From contig JBAYHW010000001.1 in NCBI GenBank assembly GCA_041665925.1, forward strand, positions 166,685-230,684: DNA of 64,000 nucleotides, in the 5' to 3' direction. The stretch comes from Minisyncoccota bacterium (GTDB lineage Bacteria; Patescibacteriota; Minisyncoccia; Phycocordibacterales; UBA9973). A model generated the notes under the pieces. That model ran no database searches, had not been told where the DNA came from, and worked only from the letters and a program-made list of their open reading frames with translations. This document shows, one piece after another, positions 10,101-20,700 of this stretch (positions are counted from its first letter, which is position 1; every line of letters starts with the position of its first letter). Made by a program: the position numbers and the translations under genes.

Positions 10101-10379
10101 GTGCGCAAGGCCTTCGAGCGTTCACCCAATGTCTTAAATATTATTGACGGCAAAAAGGTATCTTTTGTGGTAAATTTAAGCAAAGAGGGGGCTTCAGGTT
10201 CAGACGACGGGGTGGGGCGGATTGTTACTGACGGTTTTAGAATTCGTAGAGCGACCGTAGATAACCAAATCCCATTATTTACAGATCTACACCTTGCCCG
10301 GGCCTTCATTAAAGCGCTCGCCCGTTACCGAGTTGAGGATTTAGAAATTAAGCCGTATAAAGAATATTTAAATAGTTAA
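7140..10379 (+). CDS. carB: carbamoyl-phosphate synthase large subunit
   Basis: 1079 aa with two ATP-grasp halves; [23 protein letters not shown] motif present. Confidence 0.95.
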   Translation: [1079 protein letters not shown]

Positions 10380-10384
10380 AATTT

Positions 10385-11308
10385 ATGCAACACATTATTT
10401 CCGCAAATCAATTTAAAAAAAATGATCTAGAAAATATTTTATCCTTAGCGGGAGTTCTAGAGCAGGACTCCAAAGAAGGTAAAATAAAGAAAATATTAGA
10501 AGATAAAATTGTGGCCTGCGTATTTTTCGAACCTTCTACCCGGACTCGGCTCTCTTTTGAAACAGCTGCTCTCAAGCTCGGGGCCAAAGTGATTTCTGCA
10601 GAGAATGCTATGGAAAATTCTTCAGCCCACAAAGGAGAAAGCATCGAAGATACTACAAGAATTCTCTGTTCTTATGCAGATGTAGTGGTTATTCGTCATC
10701 CCGCAGGCGGAACTTTAGAAAAAGCAGTTAAAGTTGCGACCAAGCCTTTAATCAATGCCGGGGACGGGACGAATCAGCATCCTTCTCAGGGGTTACTCGA
10801 TGTCTACACTATTAAAAAAGAAAAAGGTAGGCTAAAAAATTTAAATATTGGTTTCGGTGGAGATTTGTTAAATAGTCGGACATTAAAATCCCTAGTACCT
10901 CTTCTACAGCTTTATGAAGGTAATAAGTTTTATTTTATTTCCCCGAAAGAATTAGAGTTACCGAGAGAATTTATGAATGCATTAGAGGAGAACAAAGTTC
11001 AATTTGAAGAATTAAGAAGTATAGAGGAAGCTCTGCCTCATCTAGACGTACTCTATATGACTCGCGTACAGAAAGAACGATTTGCTGATGTCAGAGAGTA
11101 CGAAAAAGTAAAAGATTTATTTATCTTTAAAAAAGAACATCTTAAAATTTTAAAACCTGATGCGATAATAATGCATCCACTGCCAAAAATAAATGAGATT
11201 GAAATAGAAGTAGACGCTGATCCTCGAGCAGCCTACTTTCGCCAAGCCGAAAACGGCCTGTATGTTCGTATGGCGCTTCTTTCTTATGTTTTAGAGTTAG
11301 ACTATTGA
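10385..11308 (+). CDS. pyrB: aspartate carbamoyltransferase catalytic subunit
   Basis: STRTRLSFE, HPSQGLLD, and HPLP motifs. Confidence 0.92.
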   Translation: MQHIISANQFKKNDLENILSLAGVLEQDSKEGKIKKILEDKIVACVFFEPSTRTRLSFETAALKLGAKVISAENAMENSSAHKGESIEDTTRILCSYADVVVIRHPAGGTLEKAVKVATKPLINAGDGTNQHPSQGLLDVYTIKKEKGRLKNLNIGFGGDLLNSRTLKSLVPLLQLYEGNKFYFISPKELELPREFMNALEENKVQFEELRSIEEALPHLDVLYMTRVQKERFADVREYEKVKDLFIFKKEHLKILKPDAIIMHPLPKINEIEIEVDADPRAAYFRQAENGLYVRMALLSYVLELDY

Positions 11309-11311
11309 TTT

Positions 11312-11340
11312 TCCAAAAACTGAAAAATCTTTTCGTTGGT
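11312..11340. repeat. imperfect direct repeat (copy A) of the tig 3' coding end; the partner copy at 12121-12149 lies inside tig
   Basis: TCCAAAAACTGAAAAATCTTTTCGTTGGT versus TCCAAAAACTGGAAGATTTTTTCGTTAGT. On the minus strand copy A still reads TNEKIFQFLENQ*. Confidence 0.7.
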
Positions 11341-11377
11341 TAAGTTTTCCCGAAGAAAAACCTTCAGGAAATCATAC

Positions 11378-12049
11378 TTAATGAGTAGATTTTTTTACAA
11401 TTATAGGGTTGGCTAAATCGGTGTTATTTATAATTATATCAGCAAATTCTTTTGGGTGGGCTTCCTTAAAATAAAGTTTTTGTCCAGGCACGTATCGTTC
11501 ACGATATTTTTTTTCAATTTCCAATTCGGAGCCAAGATAGTACCCATCTCTTTTTGAAGCTCGATCTATAGTTGATTTGAAATCAACATCAAGAAAAATT
11601 TTAAAATCCCAATAATTTACTAGTTCTGGACGAAACAAAAATACTCCATCCATAAGTAAAATAGCATCACTGGAAGCTTGTTCGGTTGGTGTATCCACCG
11701 TACTGTTGGTTTTAAAGTCAAAAATAGCTTTCCTGTATCGCAAATCTGCAATTGAACCAAGCGGCTTTAATACATTTTCAATAATGGCTTTATTGTCAAA
11801 AGAATCAAAATAATATCCTTCTGGCGAATTTCTTCCTTTTTTGTATCGAATCTCTTTTGGATTATGAAAGCCATCCACAGATACACGAATAACCTGTTTA
11901 TTTAACAATTTTAATTCCTCAGCAAGCTCATTTGCCATGAATGTTTTACCAGATGCATCAACTCCATCAATAGCCACGCGTACAGGATGATTTGTATTAA
12001 TAGCGGAAATAATTGTAGCCAAATACTTAAGTAGTTCCGATCGCTTCAT
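11378..12049 (-). CDS. udk: uridine kinase / phosphoribulokinase-family P-loop kinase
   Basis: Walker A IDGVDASGKT, and overall similarity to Udk (LMDGVFLF...FLDVD...RD). Confidence 0.6.
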   Translation of the reverse strand: MKRSELLKYLATIISAINTNHPVRVAIDGVDASGKTFMANELAEELKLLNKQVIRVSVDGFHNPKEIRYKKGRNSPEGYYFDSFDNKAIIENVLKPLGSIADLRYRKAIFDFKTNSTVDTPTEQASSDAILLMDGVFLFRPELVNYWDFKIFLDVDFKSTIDRASKRDGYYLGSELEIEKKYRERYVPGQKLYFKEAHPKEFADIIINNTDLANPIIVKKSTH

Positions 12050-12110
12050 AATGTAAATATATCAAACAAATACTATATTCCCGAGTGGAGCTCTTGGGGG
12101 GAGTTATAAT

Positions 12111-13187
12111 CTACTGACTCTCCAAAAACTGGAAGATTTTTTCGTTAGTGAGAACATTTTCGGCGTGCATGCGGGCGCGTTCTGGGTCAGCATCTTTATA
12201 GTGTTCTAGTATTGCGAGGACTTCTTTGGCTACTTGTTCTTCGTCTGCTATTATCTTTTCTACCTTAGAAATTTCATTTAATATTAAAGCAAGTTTAGCT
12301 TTTTTCTCGGCATCAGTGCGGAATTCTTTCCTTAAATCTTCTACGGTTTTATTTAGGTGTTTTAAATAATCCTCAAACTTTAAACCCATCTGAGTGATAT
12401 CAGACTCCATTCGGTATAAAATTTTATCCAATTCAATTTCTACGAGTAATTCTGGCAACTCCATTTCACTTTTATCCACTACGTTTTCTATGATCTTCAG
12501 CCTGGTTTTTTCTTTTTGTTGGTTTTCCTTTTCAAGTTTGATATTTTCTTTTAATTTAAGTTTAAAATCTTCCACATCTTTAAAGGGGCCAAGAGCTTGA
12601 ACAAATTCGTCATTAAAAACAGGAAGTTCATCTTCTTTCGGTTCTTCGTGTTTGTGTTCTTCACCTTCCTTGTGTTCATGTTCTGCCATTTCGGCCATGT
12701 GCTTTTTCTGAGCGCGTGATTTCCGTATATCCATAATAGTATTTTCTAAATCTTCATCAGAAACTACGACGTTTTTCTCGGCATCAGTAATTTTGGAAAT
12801 TATTTTCTTGGCGATATCTTTGTAGTCGGGGAGTTTTATTGTTGGCAGAACTGCAGTTTTTATCTTGAAACCGAGAGGGTTTTTTCGGGCGAGTTTAGTA
12901 ATAGATATTTCTGGGCGACTTATCGCATCTATTTTATTTTCTTCAACGATTTTAGGATAGTGTTCCCCCAGGGCCATTTGTGCCATTTCTTCTAGGACAT
13001 TACTTTCTCCCACATTGGATAGGATTACACTTTCGGGTATTTTACCTTTTCTAAAACCATCTAACTTTAAATTTTCCCCTATTTTTTTAAGAGCTTTAGT
13101 GAAGTAAGACTCAAAGACGTCAGCTTCCAACTCTCCCTCAATCTCCACTTCACTTTTTGGTAATTTTTTTATATTTATTTTTAGCAT
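12111..13187 (-). CDS. tig: trigger factor lacking the FKBP/PPIase domain
   Basis: N-terminal ribosome-binding signature LDGFRKGKIP and a C-terminal chaperone domain. The PPIase domain is replaced by an acidic/His-rich linker of about 25 aa (HMAEMAEHEHKEGEEHKHEEP). Confidence 0.8.
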   Translation of the reverse strand: MLKINIKKLPKSEVEIEGELEADVFESYFTKALKKIGENLKLDGFRKGKIPESVILSNVGESNVLEEMAQMALGEHYPKIVEENKIDAISRPEISITKLARKNPLGFKIKTAVLPTIKLPDYKDIAKKIISKITDAEKNVVVSDEDLENTIMDIRKSRAQKKHMAEMAEHEHKEGEEHKHEEPKEDELPVFNDEFVQALGPFKDVEDFKLKLKENIKLEKENQQKEKTRLKIIENVVDKSEMELPELLVEIELDKILYRMESDITQMGLKFEDYLKHLNKTVEDLRKEFRTDAEKKAKLALILNEISKVEKIIADEEQVAKEVLAILEHYKDADPERARMHAENVLTNEKIFQFLESQ

Positions 13188-13225
13188 ACGACTATACTAT
13201 ATTTATAAACGTCTTTTGTCAAAAA

Positions 13226-13257
13226 AGCCCCACCACTTGTAAGTGGTGGGGCTTTTC
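13226..13257. terminator. intrinsic terminator hairpin (12-bp stem AGCCCCACCACT / TGTA loop) flanked by A- and T-runs
   Basis: Perfect stem at 13226-13237 and 13242-13253 with flanking AAAAAA/TTTT. Lies downstream of minus-strand ORF 13265-13495. A near-identical copy is at 56483-56510. Confidence 0.75.
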
Positions 13258-13264
13258 TATTTTT

Positions 13265-13495
13265 CTATTGAACGCTATCTATAGCATTTGCCCCGACATC
13301 AACATCAGTTACATCAAGTTCTTGCCCAAGAGCATCCAGCTCTGTAGAATCTGACGCAGACACAGAATCCGATGGAGCAGTTTCTCCTGCAGGAGTCTTA
13401 CTTGATTGCCACATGTATAATCCGCCAATGACAAGGATTAAAATTATGATTATTAATCCGACAAGGGCTCCGTTTGATTTTTTTTCTGGTTCCAT
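13265..13495 (-). CDS. small membrane protein
   Basis: 76 aa with a single TM helix (LVGLIIIILILVIGGLYMW) and an acidic tail. Confidence 0.5.
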   Translation of the reverse strand: MEPEKKSNGALVGLIIIILILVIGGLYMWQSSKTPAGETAPSDSVSASDSTELDALGQELDVTDVDVGANAIDSVQ

Positions 13496-13519
13496 ATAAT
13501 TTTATAATTAGTTTATAAT

Positions 13520-14275
13520 TTATTGATTACTGTTATCATCTCCGGCTTCTGTTGTGGTTTTGTCAGCATCAATTTTCGCCTTAACCGCATCCTTTAAAGC
13601 TTTAACCGCATCCTTAAGGGCGCCATGAGAAGCTTTAACCAAAGTCTGTATTTCTTGAGTTAGTGTTCTAAGTTTTGTTTTATTTTCTAAAGTAAGTTCG
13701 TTTATTGAAGCAGCCAGTAAAGCGTTGGTTTCTACAATTTTTGTTTTAGCCTCATCAAGTTTAGTTTCAGATGTTGATATAAAAGCTTCTGCCGCAGTGA
13801 TATCTACTCCTTTTAATTCAAAAGCAGACATTCGTTCCACGATTTTACCTTTTAGCTCAGTTATTCTCGTTACTACTCCATCAAATCTCTCTAAGGCTTT
13901 TTCTCTGCCCTCTATTCTTGCTTCTTTCAGTTTTACTTTTGCTTCATCTTTTTCAGTTTTTATGCTTTCTCGAAGAGCCTCCATTTTCTTTTTAGCCTCT
14001 TCTCTTTTGGCTTCTATCTCTTTCTTAATCTCTTCTCTTTTTATTTCTAGGTTTTTCCTTAAGGCTTCTCGAGTTGTTTTTAATTCGGCTTTTGCTTCCT
14101 CTCTTTTATTCTGGAGCTCGGAAGATTTATCGTCATTTTTATCATTGTCATCTGAAGACTCTACTTTAGTACCATCATCAGATGAGCCCGCAGCGTCGTC
14201 TTCTGCACGTACAACGCTATTACTCCAAAAGAAAACCATTAATAAAACAGAAAATAATGCTATATATTTTTTCAT
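13520..14275 (-). CDS. secreted coiled-coil protein
   Basis: Signal peptide, Asp/Ser-rich region, then Lys/Glu-rich heptad repeats. Confidence 0.5.
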   Translation of the reverse strand: MKKYIALFSVLLMVFFWSNSVVRAEDDAAGSSDDGTKVESSDDNDKNDDKSSELQNKREEAKAELKTTREALRKNLEIKREEIKKEIEAKREEAKKKMEALRESIKTEKDEAKVKLKEARIEGREKALERFDGVVTRITELKGKIVERMSAFELKGVDITAAEAFISTSETKLDEAKTKIVETNALLAASINELTLENKTKLRTLTQEIQTLVKASHGALKDAVKALKDAVKAKIDADKTTTEAGDDNSNQ

Positions 14276-14314
14276 ACTAATTATTTAATTAAACTAATAA
14301 TAGAACCCTTTCTA

Positions 14315-16327
14315 TTATATCAAAAAAGCAACCAAAAGTAATGCAACGATATTTAGAATTTTTATCATTGGGTTAATGGCAGGCCCAGCAGTGTCCTTAT
14401 AAGGATCTCCAACAGTATCACCAGTCACAGCCGCTTTATGCGCATCGCTACCTTTCCCTCCATAATTTCCTAATTCTATATATTTCTTGGCATTATCCCA
14501 AGCTCCACCCCCTGAGGTCATTGAGATAGCCACGAAAAGTCCGGTGACGATAGATCCCATCAAAAGTCCGCCCAAGACTATCAATCCATTTTCTGTACCA
14601 AAAATAACGATAACTAAAATAGGAGCTAGGACAGGGATAAGAGCCGGCAAGACCATTTGTTTAATTGCCGCACCAGTAATTATTGATACTGCCTTCGCAT
14701 AATCTGGCTTAGCGGTACCTTCCATAATTCCTTTTATTTCTCTGAATTGTCGGCGGATTTCTTCCACAACTTTTCCTGCAGTTTTACCTACAGCTTCCAT
14801 GCACAATGCACCGAAATAATATGGTAAAAGTCCACCAATAAATAGCCCGACAATAACGTATGGGTTACTTAAGTCAAAAGTTAAACTTTTCCCAGCCTTA
14901 ATAATTTCTTCAGTGTAAGATGCGAATAACACAAGAGCCGCAAGTCCCGCAGAACCAATTGCATAACCTTTCGTAACTGCCTTGGTTGTATTTCCAACCG
15001 CATCAAGGGGATCTGTAACATCTCGGACTTCTTTGGGTAGTTCGGCCATTTCGGCGATACCTCCAGCGTTATCTGTAATTGGTCCGTATGCATCGATAGC
15101 GACGATGATACCTGTCATGGAAAGCATAGACATTGCAGCGATAGCGATACCGTATAGTCCGCCGTAATTATAACTAACTAAAATGCCGACAACGATAGTT
15201 ATGAGAGGCCAGGCTGTAGATTTCATTGAAATTGCTAAACCCTGGATAACATTTGTGCCGTGTCCAGAGACAGAAGCTTCGGCGATTGATTTAACGGGAG
15301 AGTATTTCGTAGAAGTGAAGTATTCGGTAATTATGACCAAGGCGCCAGTGACGAATAATCCAACGAGAGAACAAATAAATAAATCCGTTACCGAATATAC
15401 ACCATTTTCAGCCATAAGCATTTTTGTCACAGGGTAAAAAGCGGCGGCAGCGATAAGACCGGAAGCGATGAGGCCTTTATATAATGCCCCCATTATGTTT
15501 TTTTCTTTTCCGAGTCGGACAAACCAAGTTCCAATTATAGATGCAAATATTGCCATACCACCAATAACTAGAGGATAAATAATTGCATTTTCAAAACCAA
15601 CAAAAAGAAGTGAGCCCAAAAGCATCGTAGCTACTGAAGTAACGGCGTAGGTTTCGAATAAATCCGCAGCCATTCCTGCGCAGTCTCCGACATTATCTCC
15701 GACGTTGTCAGCAATAACTCCTGGGTTTCTAGGATCGTCTTCTGGAATTCCTGCTTCGAGTTTACCCACAAGATCAGCTCCTACATCTGCAGCTTTAGTA
15801 AATATTCCTCCTCCTAGTCTAGCAAAAACAGAAATAAGCGAAGCTCCAAACCCAAGCCCGACAAGAGCGTTCACGTCTTTTGTTATTGCATAAAATAATG
15901 TAACTCCGAGCAAGGCAAGTCCGACAACCAAAAGTCCGGTAACTGTGCCACCCTTAAAGGCCAAAGACAAAGCAGGATTTATCCCACTTCTTGCCGCTTC
16001 AGTTGTTCTGACATTAGCTCTCACAGAGACATTCATGCCTATATATCCAGCAAGCGCTGAGAAGACTGCTCCAACGAGGAATCCGAAAGCCATAGTCCAT
16101 CCGAGTTGTTCAATGAACCCAATTACAAAAAACAAAACTACAGCGATCATACCAATAGTTTTATATTGTTTATTTAAATACGCCCCAGCACCGTCTTGGA
16201 TAGCCTTGGCTATCTCTTGCATGCGAGCATTTCCTGGACTCTTTTTTAATACGAAACGTGCTAAAAACAAACCATAAACGATTGCTATGACTGAACTAAT
16301 AGTTGCAAACAATAAAAATGAATTCAT
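14315..16327 (-). CDS. hppA: membrane-bound proton/sodium-translocating pyrophosphatase
   Basis: [17 protein letters not shown] and [21 protein letters not shown] signatures; multi-TM protein. Confidence 0.93.
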   Translation of the reverse strand: MNSFLLFATISSVIAIVYGLFLARFVLKKSPGNARMQEIAKAIQDGAGAYLNKQYKTIGMIAVVLFFVIGFIEQLGWTMAFGFLVGAVFSALAGYIGMNVSVRANVRTTEAARSGINPALSLAFKGGTVTGLLVVGLALLGVTLFYAITKDVNALVGLGFGASLISVFARLGGGIFTKAADVGADLVGKLEAGIPEDDPRNPGVIADNVGDNVGDCAGMAADLFETYAVTSVATMLLGSLLFVGFENAIIYPLVIGGMAIFASIIGTWFVRLGKEKNIMGALYKGLIASGLIAAAAFYPVTKMLMAENGVYSVTDLFICSLVGLFVTGALVIITEYFTSTKYSPVKSIAEASVSGHGTNVIQGLAISMKSTAWPLITIVVGILVSYNYGGLYGIAIAAMSMLSMTGIIVAIDAYGPITDNAGGIAEMAELPKEVRDVTDPLDAVGNTTKAVTKGYAIGSAGLAALVLFASYTEEIIKAGKSLTFDLSNPYVIVGLFIGGLLPYYFGALCMEAVGKTAGKVVEEIRRQFREIKGIMEGTAKPDYAKAVSIITGAAIKQMVLPALIPVLAPILVIVIFGTENGLIVLGGLLMGSIVTGLFVAISMTSGGGAWDNAKKYIELGNYGGKGSDAHKAAVTGDTVGDPYKDTAGPAINPMIKILNIVALLLVAFLI

Positions 16328-16355
16328 GTTTTTCTATTTTATTTTATTAATAATT

Positions 16356-17552
16356 TTATTCTTCTTCTTTTACTTCAACATTGTCTCCGTCGGTGGAGGC
16401 AATTTCTTTTCCATCTCCTTTAATGTCTATTCTCCACCCTGTTAGTTTAGCTGCTAGGCGTACATTTTGTCCACCTTTTCCTATAGCAAGCGAGAGTTGG
16501 TCATTAGCGACTTCCACAGTTGCTTTGTGTTCTTCCTCATCAACATCAATAGAAATTACTTTTGCCGGAGATAGGGAATTTGAAACAAAAACTTTAGGGT
16601 CCGTGGACCAAGGGATTATATCAATTTTTTCTCCAGATAGTTCACTGGTAATTGTATTTACCCTAGTGCCTTTTTGACCTACGCAACTTCCTACAGCATC
16701 AATGTGTTCGTCGTTTGAGTGAACAGCAATCTTGGAACGCGCGCCAGCTTCACGAGCAACTGATTTTATTTCGACTACTCCAGACTCTATTTCTGGAGCT
16801 TCCATGGCGAAAAGTTTCTCTATAAATTTCGGATGGGTGCGAGAAAGTCGTAAATTAATTCCCCTTGGTGTGTCTTCTACACTGTACAGGTAAGCACGAA
16901 CTCGGCGACCTCGCTCCCAATATTCGCCAGGAATTTGCTCTTCGGTTGGTAGAATTCCTGTGGCTCTGTTGAAATCCACATAAACATTTCCACGTTCTAC
17001 TTTCTGAACCACTCCCGAAATTATTTCTCCTTCTTTGGTGCCGTATTCATCTATGATGGAAGTGCGTTCTGCTTCGCGGATTTTCTGAATTATGACTTGT
17101 TTGGCAGTTTGGGCAGCGATACGTCCATAATCATCCTTAGCTTCAAGTGGGAAAATCACTTCATCATTGAGCTCTACGCCCCTTTTTATCTTCTTGGCGT
17201 CTTCAAGGAGCATGTGATGCTCGCTGTTAAAGTGCACACGTTCATCTCCATCATCCTTGATTGAGTATTCAGCTTCGTGTTTTTTGTTGTGCGAATCTTT
17301 TTTATCTTCGTGTTTTTCTTCTGGTTCTAAAATAGCGATGCTTTCATCTACTACTATTTTTACCTGATAGAAATCTGTTTTTCCTGTTTCTAGGTCAAAC
17401 TTGGCGCGTATAATTTGCCCCTTTTTCCCGTAGTCTTTTTTATACGCTGCAGCCATGGCTTGCTCTATGGCTTCTAGTATTTTTGCTTTTGGAATTTTCC
17501 TTTCTTCTTCAAGCTGTTCGAGTGCGGATTTGAATGTTTTTAGGTCTAACAT
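16356..17552 (-). CDS. nusA: transcription termination/antitermination factor NusA
   Basis: NusA N-terminal domain, S1 domain, and two KH domains (GKGGQNVRLAAKLTGWRIDIK). Confidence 0.9.
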   Translation of the reverse strand: MLDLKTFKSALEQLEEERKIPKAKILEAIEQAMAAAYKKDYGKKGQIIRAKFDLETGKTDFYQVKIVVDESIAILEPEEKHEDKKDSHNKKHEAEYSIKDDGDERVHFNSEHHMLLEDAKKIKRGVELNDEVIFPLEAKDDYGRIAAQTAKQVIIQKIREAERTSIIDEYGTKEGEIISGVVQKVERGNVYVDFNRATGILPTEEQIPGEYWERGRRVRAYLYSVEDTPRGINLRLSRTHPKFIEKLFAMEAPEIESGVVEIKSVAREAGARSKIAVHSNDEHIDAVGSCVGQKGTRVNTITSELSGEKIDIIPWSTDPKVFVSNSLSPAKVISIDVDEEEHKATVEVANDQLSLAIGKGGQNVRLAAKLTGWRIDIKGDGKEIASTDGDNVEVKEEE

Positions 17553-17741
17553 AATTTTGTTTTTTATCCCGACGCTTTCAGGTCGGGACTCCGACTTTTT
17601 ACGTCGGGGTTAAATTTTGGTAAAAAATAAAGCCCTGTTTCGGACAGGACTCTTACCAGCGTAGAATACCATATTATATATAATATTGCAAACCTGTGGA
17701 TAAAGGTATTATTGTATTTTATTTTATAGTATAATTGTGTT
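17553..17741 (-). promoter_or_regulatory. structured nusA leader with overlapping alternative hairpins
   Basis: CCCGAC-N8-GTCGGG, CCGAC-N7-GTCGGGG, and CCTGT-N5-ACAGG are packed into about 90 nt. No rimP is present upstream. Confidence 0.3.
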
Positions 17742-20700
17742 ATGAACAAAGTAAAATATTTATTGTTTGGTCTGCTTTTCGTGTTTTCATTTTTATTTAT
17801 TAATTTAAATACGACTTTTGCCGCTATTGCGTGTACGACGAATAATTGGAATCCTACCGCGGCTAACGTTACATGGAAAACTTCCAGCCAAACTCAGTTA
17901 TTTACCTTAACTCATACATATGTTGATAACAATACTTCCTATACTGAATATGATAGCTGTACGGCTGCGGGAACACATGGGGCTACTTGTACTTCCGACG
18001 GAGTAACCGGTTCAGCACTTGGGCCACAAGATGAATTTGGAATAAGATCATGTTCAGCTTATGGACTTGATGTTATAACTAGTCCACCGAACAAAGTAGA
18101 TACACTTTTGCCAGTTTGTGGGACATGGAGTGGTACTGGACCAACATATACTCTTTCTGGGTCAACAGATCCAGTTGCAAGTGGTACTAGTGGACAAAGT
18201 GGAATAAACACAGCCGGGGGGAGCTGTACAGCTCCTTCTGGGGGAGGGACATGTACAGTAACCATAAGTGACGTTGCTGGAAATACAAAACCATGTACTA
18301 GCCCTACATATACGCCTCCAGCTCTCTCTGTTACAACCAGCGCAGGGGCTAATGTTACTATTTCTCCCACCTCAAGATCAGTAACTTCTGGTTCTACCAC
18401 GACTTTTACCATAACACCAACTTCCGGATACTCTTTTTCTGTTGGGGGCACATGTCCACAAGGGACACCGTTGACGGGAAATTCTTCGACAACCTACACA
18501 ACCGGAGTAATTACAGGAGATTGTTCGGTATCCGTAACTGCGACACAAGCCTCTTATGATCTTTCTGTTTCTAAAACAGGAAATGCTGCAGCTTCCGGCA
18601 CAGTTACTTCTAGTCCAGCTGGTATCAGTTGCGGGTCTGATTGTTCTCAATCTTACTTGAGTGGGACTTCTGTTACACTAACACCTTCATCTCCAGGGTT
18701 TGCTGGATGGAGTGGGGCTTGTACTGGTACGGGATCCTGTACAGTTACCATGAATGCGGCTAAAGCTGTCACAGCCTCATTTCAAAATTATACAGTTAGC
18801 GGAGTAGTCTCTGGTTCAAACGGGACTATTTCTCCATCCTCTAGGTCAGTTGCTCACGGTGCGACTACAACCTTTACAATTACACCAAATTCTGGATATG
18901 TCGCCCAGGGCAGCGATAATTGCTTTATTTACTTTGGCGAAGGGGGGTCACTTTCCGGAACTACTTATACTACAGGATCCATTACTTCAAATTGTACCGT
19001 GACTGCTTCATTTAGTCTTGTAGCCCCATCAAGCATGACCGTCTCTCCTGGGTCTTGTGGTACAGATTTCTTGAACATATCATGGACTGCCGTCGCGGGG
19101 GCTACTAGCTATAATTTATATGAAACAGGAAGTCGGCACGCTGTTGGATCAAATACTTTAATATATAGTGGAAGTAATAGATCTTTTCAGCACACAGGGC
19201 TTGTAGCGGGTTCAACACATTATTATGAGGTTACAGCAGCGGGAAGTTCTAATTATGCAGGGGGGTCAGGAACAGTGGCTTCTGCTTGTACTGTTTCTAA
19301 ACCTACCGTTACCACTACAACTCCAGTTACCAACATAACAACAACTACGGGAACTGGAGGAGGAAGTATTGTTTCCAACGGCGGAGACACCATAACCACA
19401 AGTGGAATTGTCTGGGGCACATCATTAAATCCAACAATTGCCCTTAGTACCAAAACAACCGATGGAGCCAGGACAGGTTCTTGGACAAGCAGTATGACTG
19501 GATTAACCCCAAACACTCTTTATCACGTTCGAGCCTATGCTACTAATAGTGCTGGAACATCTTATGGTAGTGATGTGACATTTACTACTGCTAATAATCC
19601 CGCAACTCCTCTCGACATTGTCGTAAACCCAAACACTTACTCAGCAACTTTACCAAACAGCACCATCTCCGCAATTTACACTCTCACCAACGGAACATCT
19701 GCTAATACAACTTGTAGATTATTGGATAATGTTGGAGCCCCACTTACTACATATGCAGCATGCAATAGTCCAATGTCGGTAACTGCACCCGGAGTAGCAG
19801 GAGACTATTTATATTATATTCAAGCTTTCAAAGCTTCAACCAGTGAAACTAAAACAAGTAATTCTTTTATAGTGACAGTAAACCCAGCGGGCTCGTGTGC
19901 CAATGGGGCCAACAATCCTCCTACTTGTAATGTGTGTACTGCACCACAAGTTTGGGATACCAGCACAACAGCATGTGTAGCCCCTCTAAGTGTTTCAACT
20001 CCCACAGATTCTACTGTCACTCTTCCAACAACAGCGTTTACTGCGGCGTATACATTGACCAATGGTACAGGAACGAATACAGACTGTTATCTGATTGCCA
20101 ATGATGGGGTTACTGTTCTTAAAACAGATCTTACTTGTACCAGTCCAATGAGTTACGACACACCGCCGATAGCAGGGATTTACGGATATTTTATAAAAGC
20201 TGTCAAAGCTCAGACTGGTGAAACTAGAATGAGCAATATGTTTACCGTTACAGTAAATGGAGGAGCGCCTGTGCCTGTGGTAACTCTTTCGGTTTCAACG
20301 ACTCCACCGTCGGGGACTTCAGGTACGGCAGGGGTTATCAACCCTACGCTTATCTGGAGTGCAACTAATAATCCTACAGCATGTACTACTGGTGCTGGTG
20401 ATGATTGGACAACAGGTGGAGCGAAGCCCGTAAGTGGTTCTGAAGCTCAAGGGGTATTGAATATTGTAAAAGTTTATACATATAAATTAACTTGTTCCAA
20501 TACTACCGGTCCTAGTGCCGAAGCTAGTGTGAGCGTGGATGTAACAGGGGGGACCATGGGAGTAACTGGGATGCTTTCTTCAGACAAAGTTTTCTGTGAT
20601 ATTCCTGTCGGTCAAAGTAGCTGTAATGTTCTTTTAAGCTGGAGTACTTCTCCAGCCAATGCTGTACCCGTTTCTGGGGTGAGATCAAATACCAACAACT

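Noticed and set aside
13725-14288. Plus-strand 187-aa Ser-rich ORF
   Set aside because: It is antisense to the Lys/Glu-rich coiled-coil protein gene; a low-complexity shadow.
17564-17749. 61-aa minus-strand ORF in the nusA upstream region
   Set aside because: It is an AT-rich chance ORF lying in the structured leader/promoter region with no start context.
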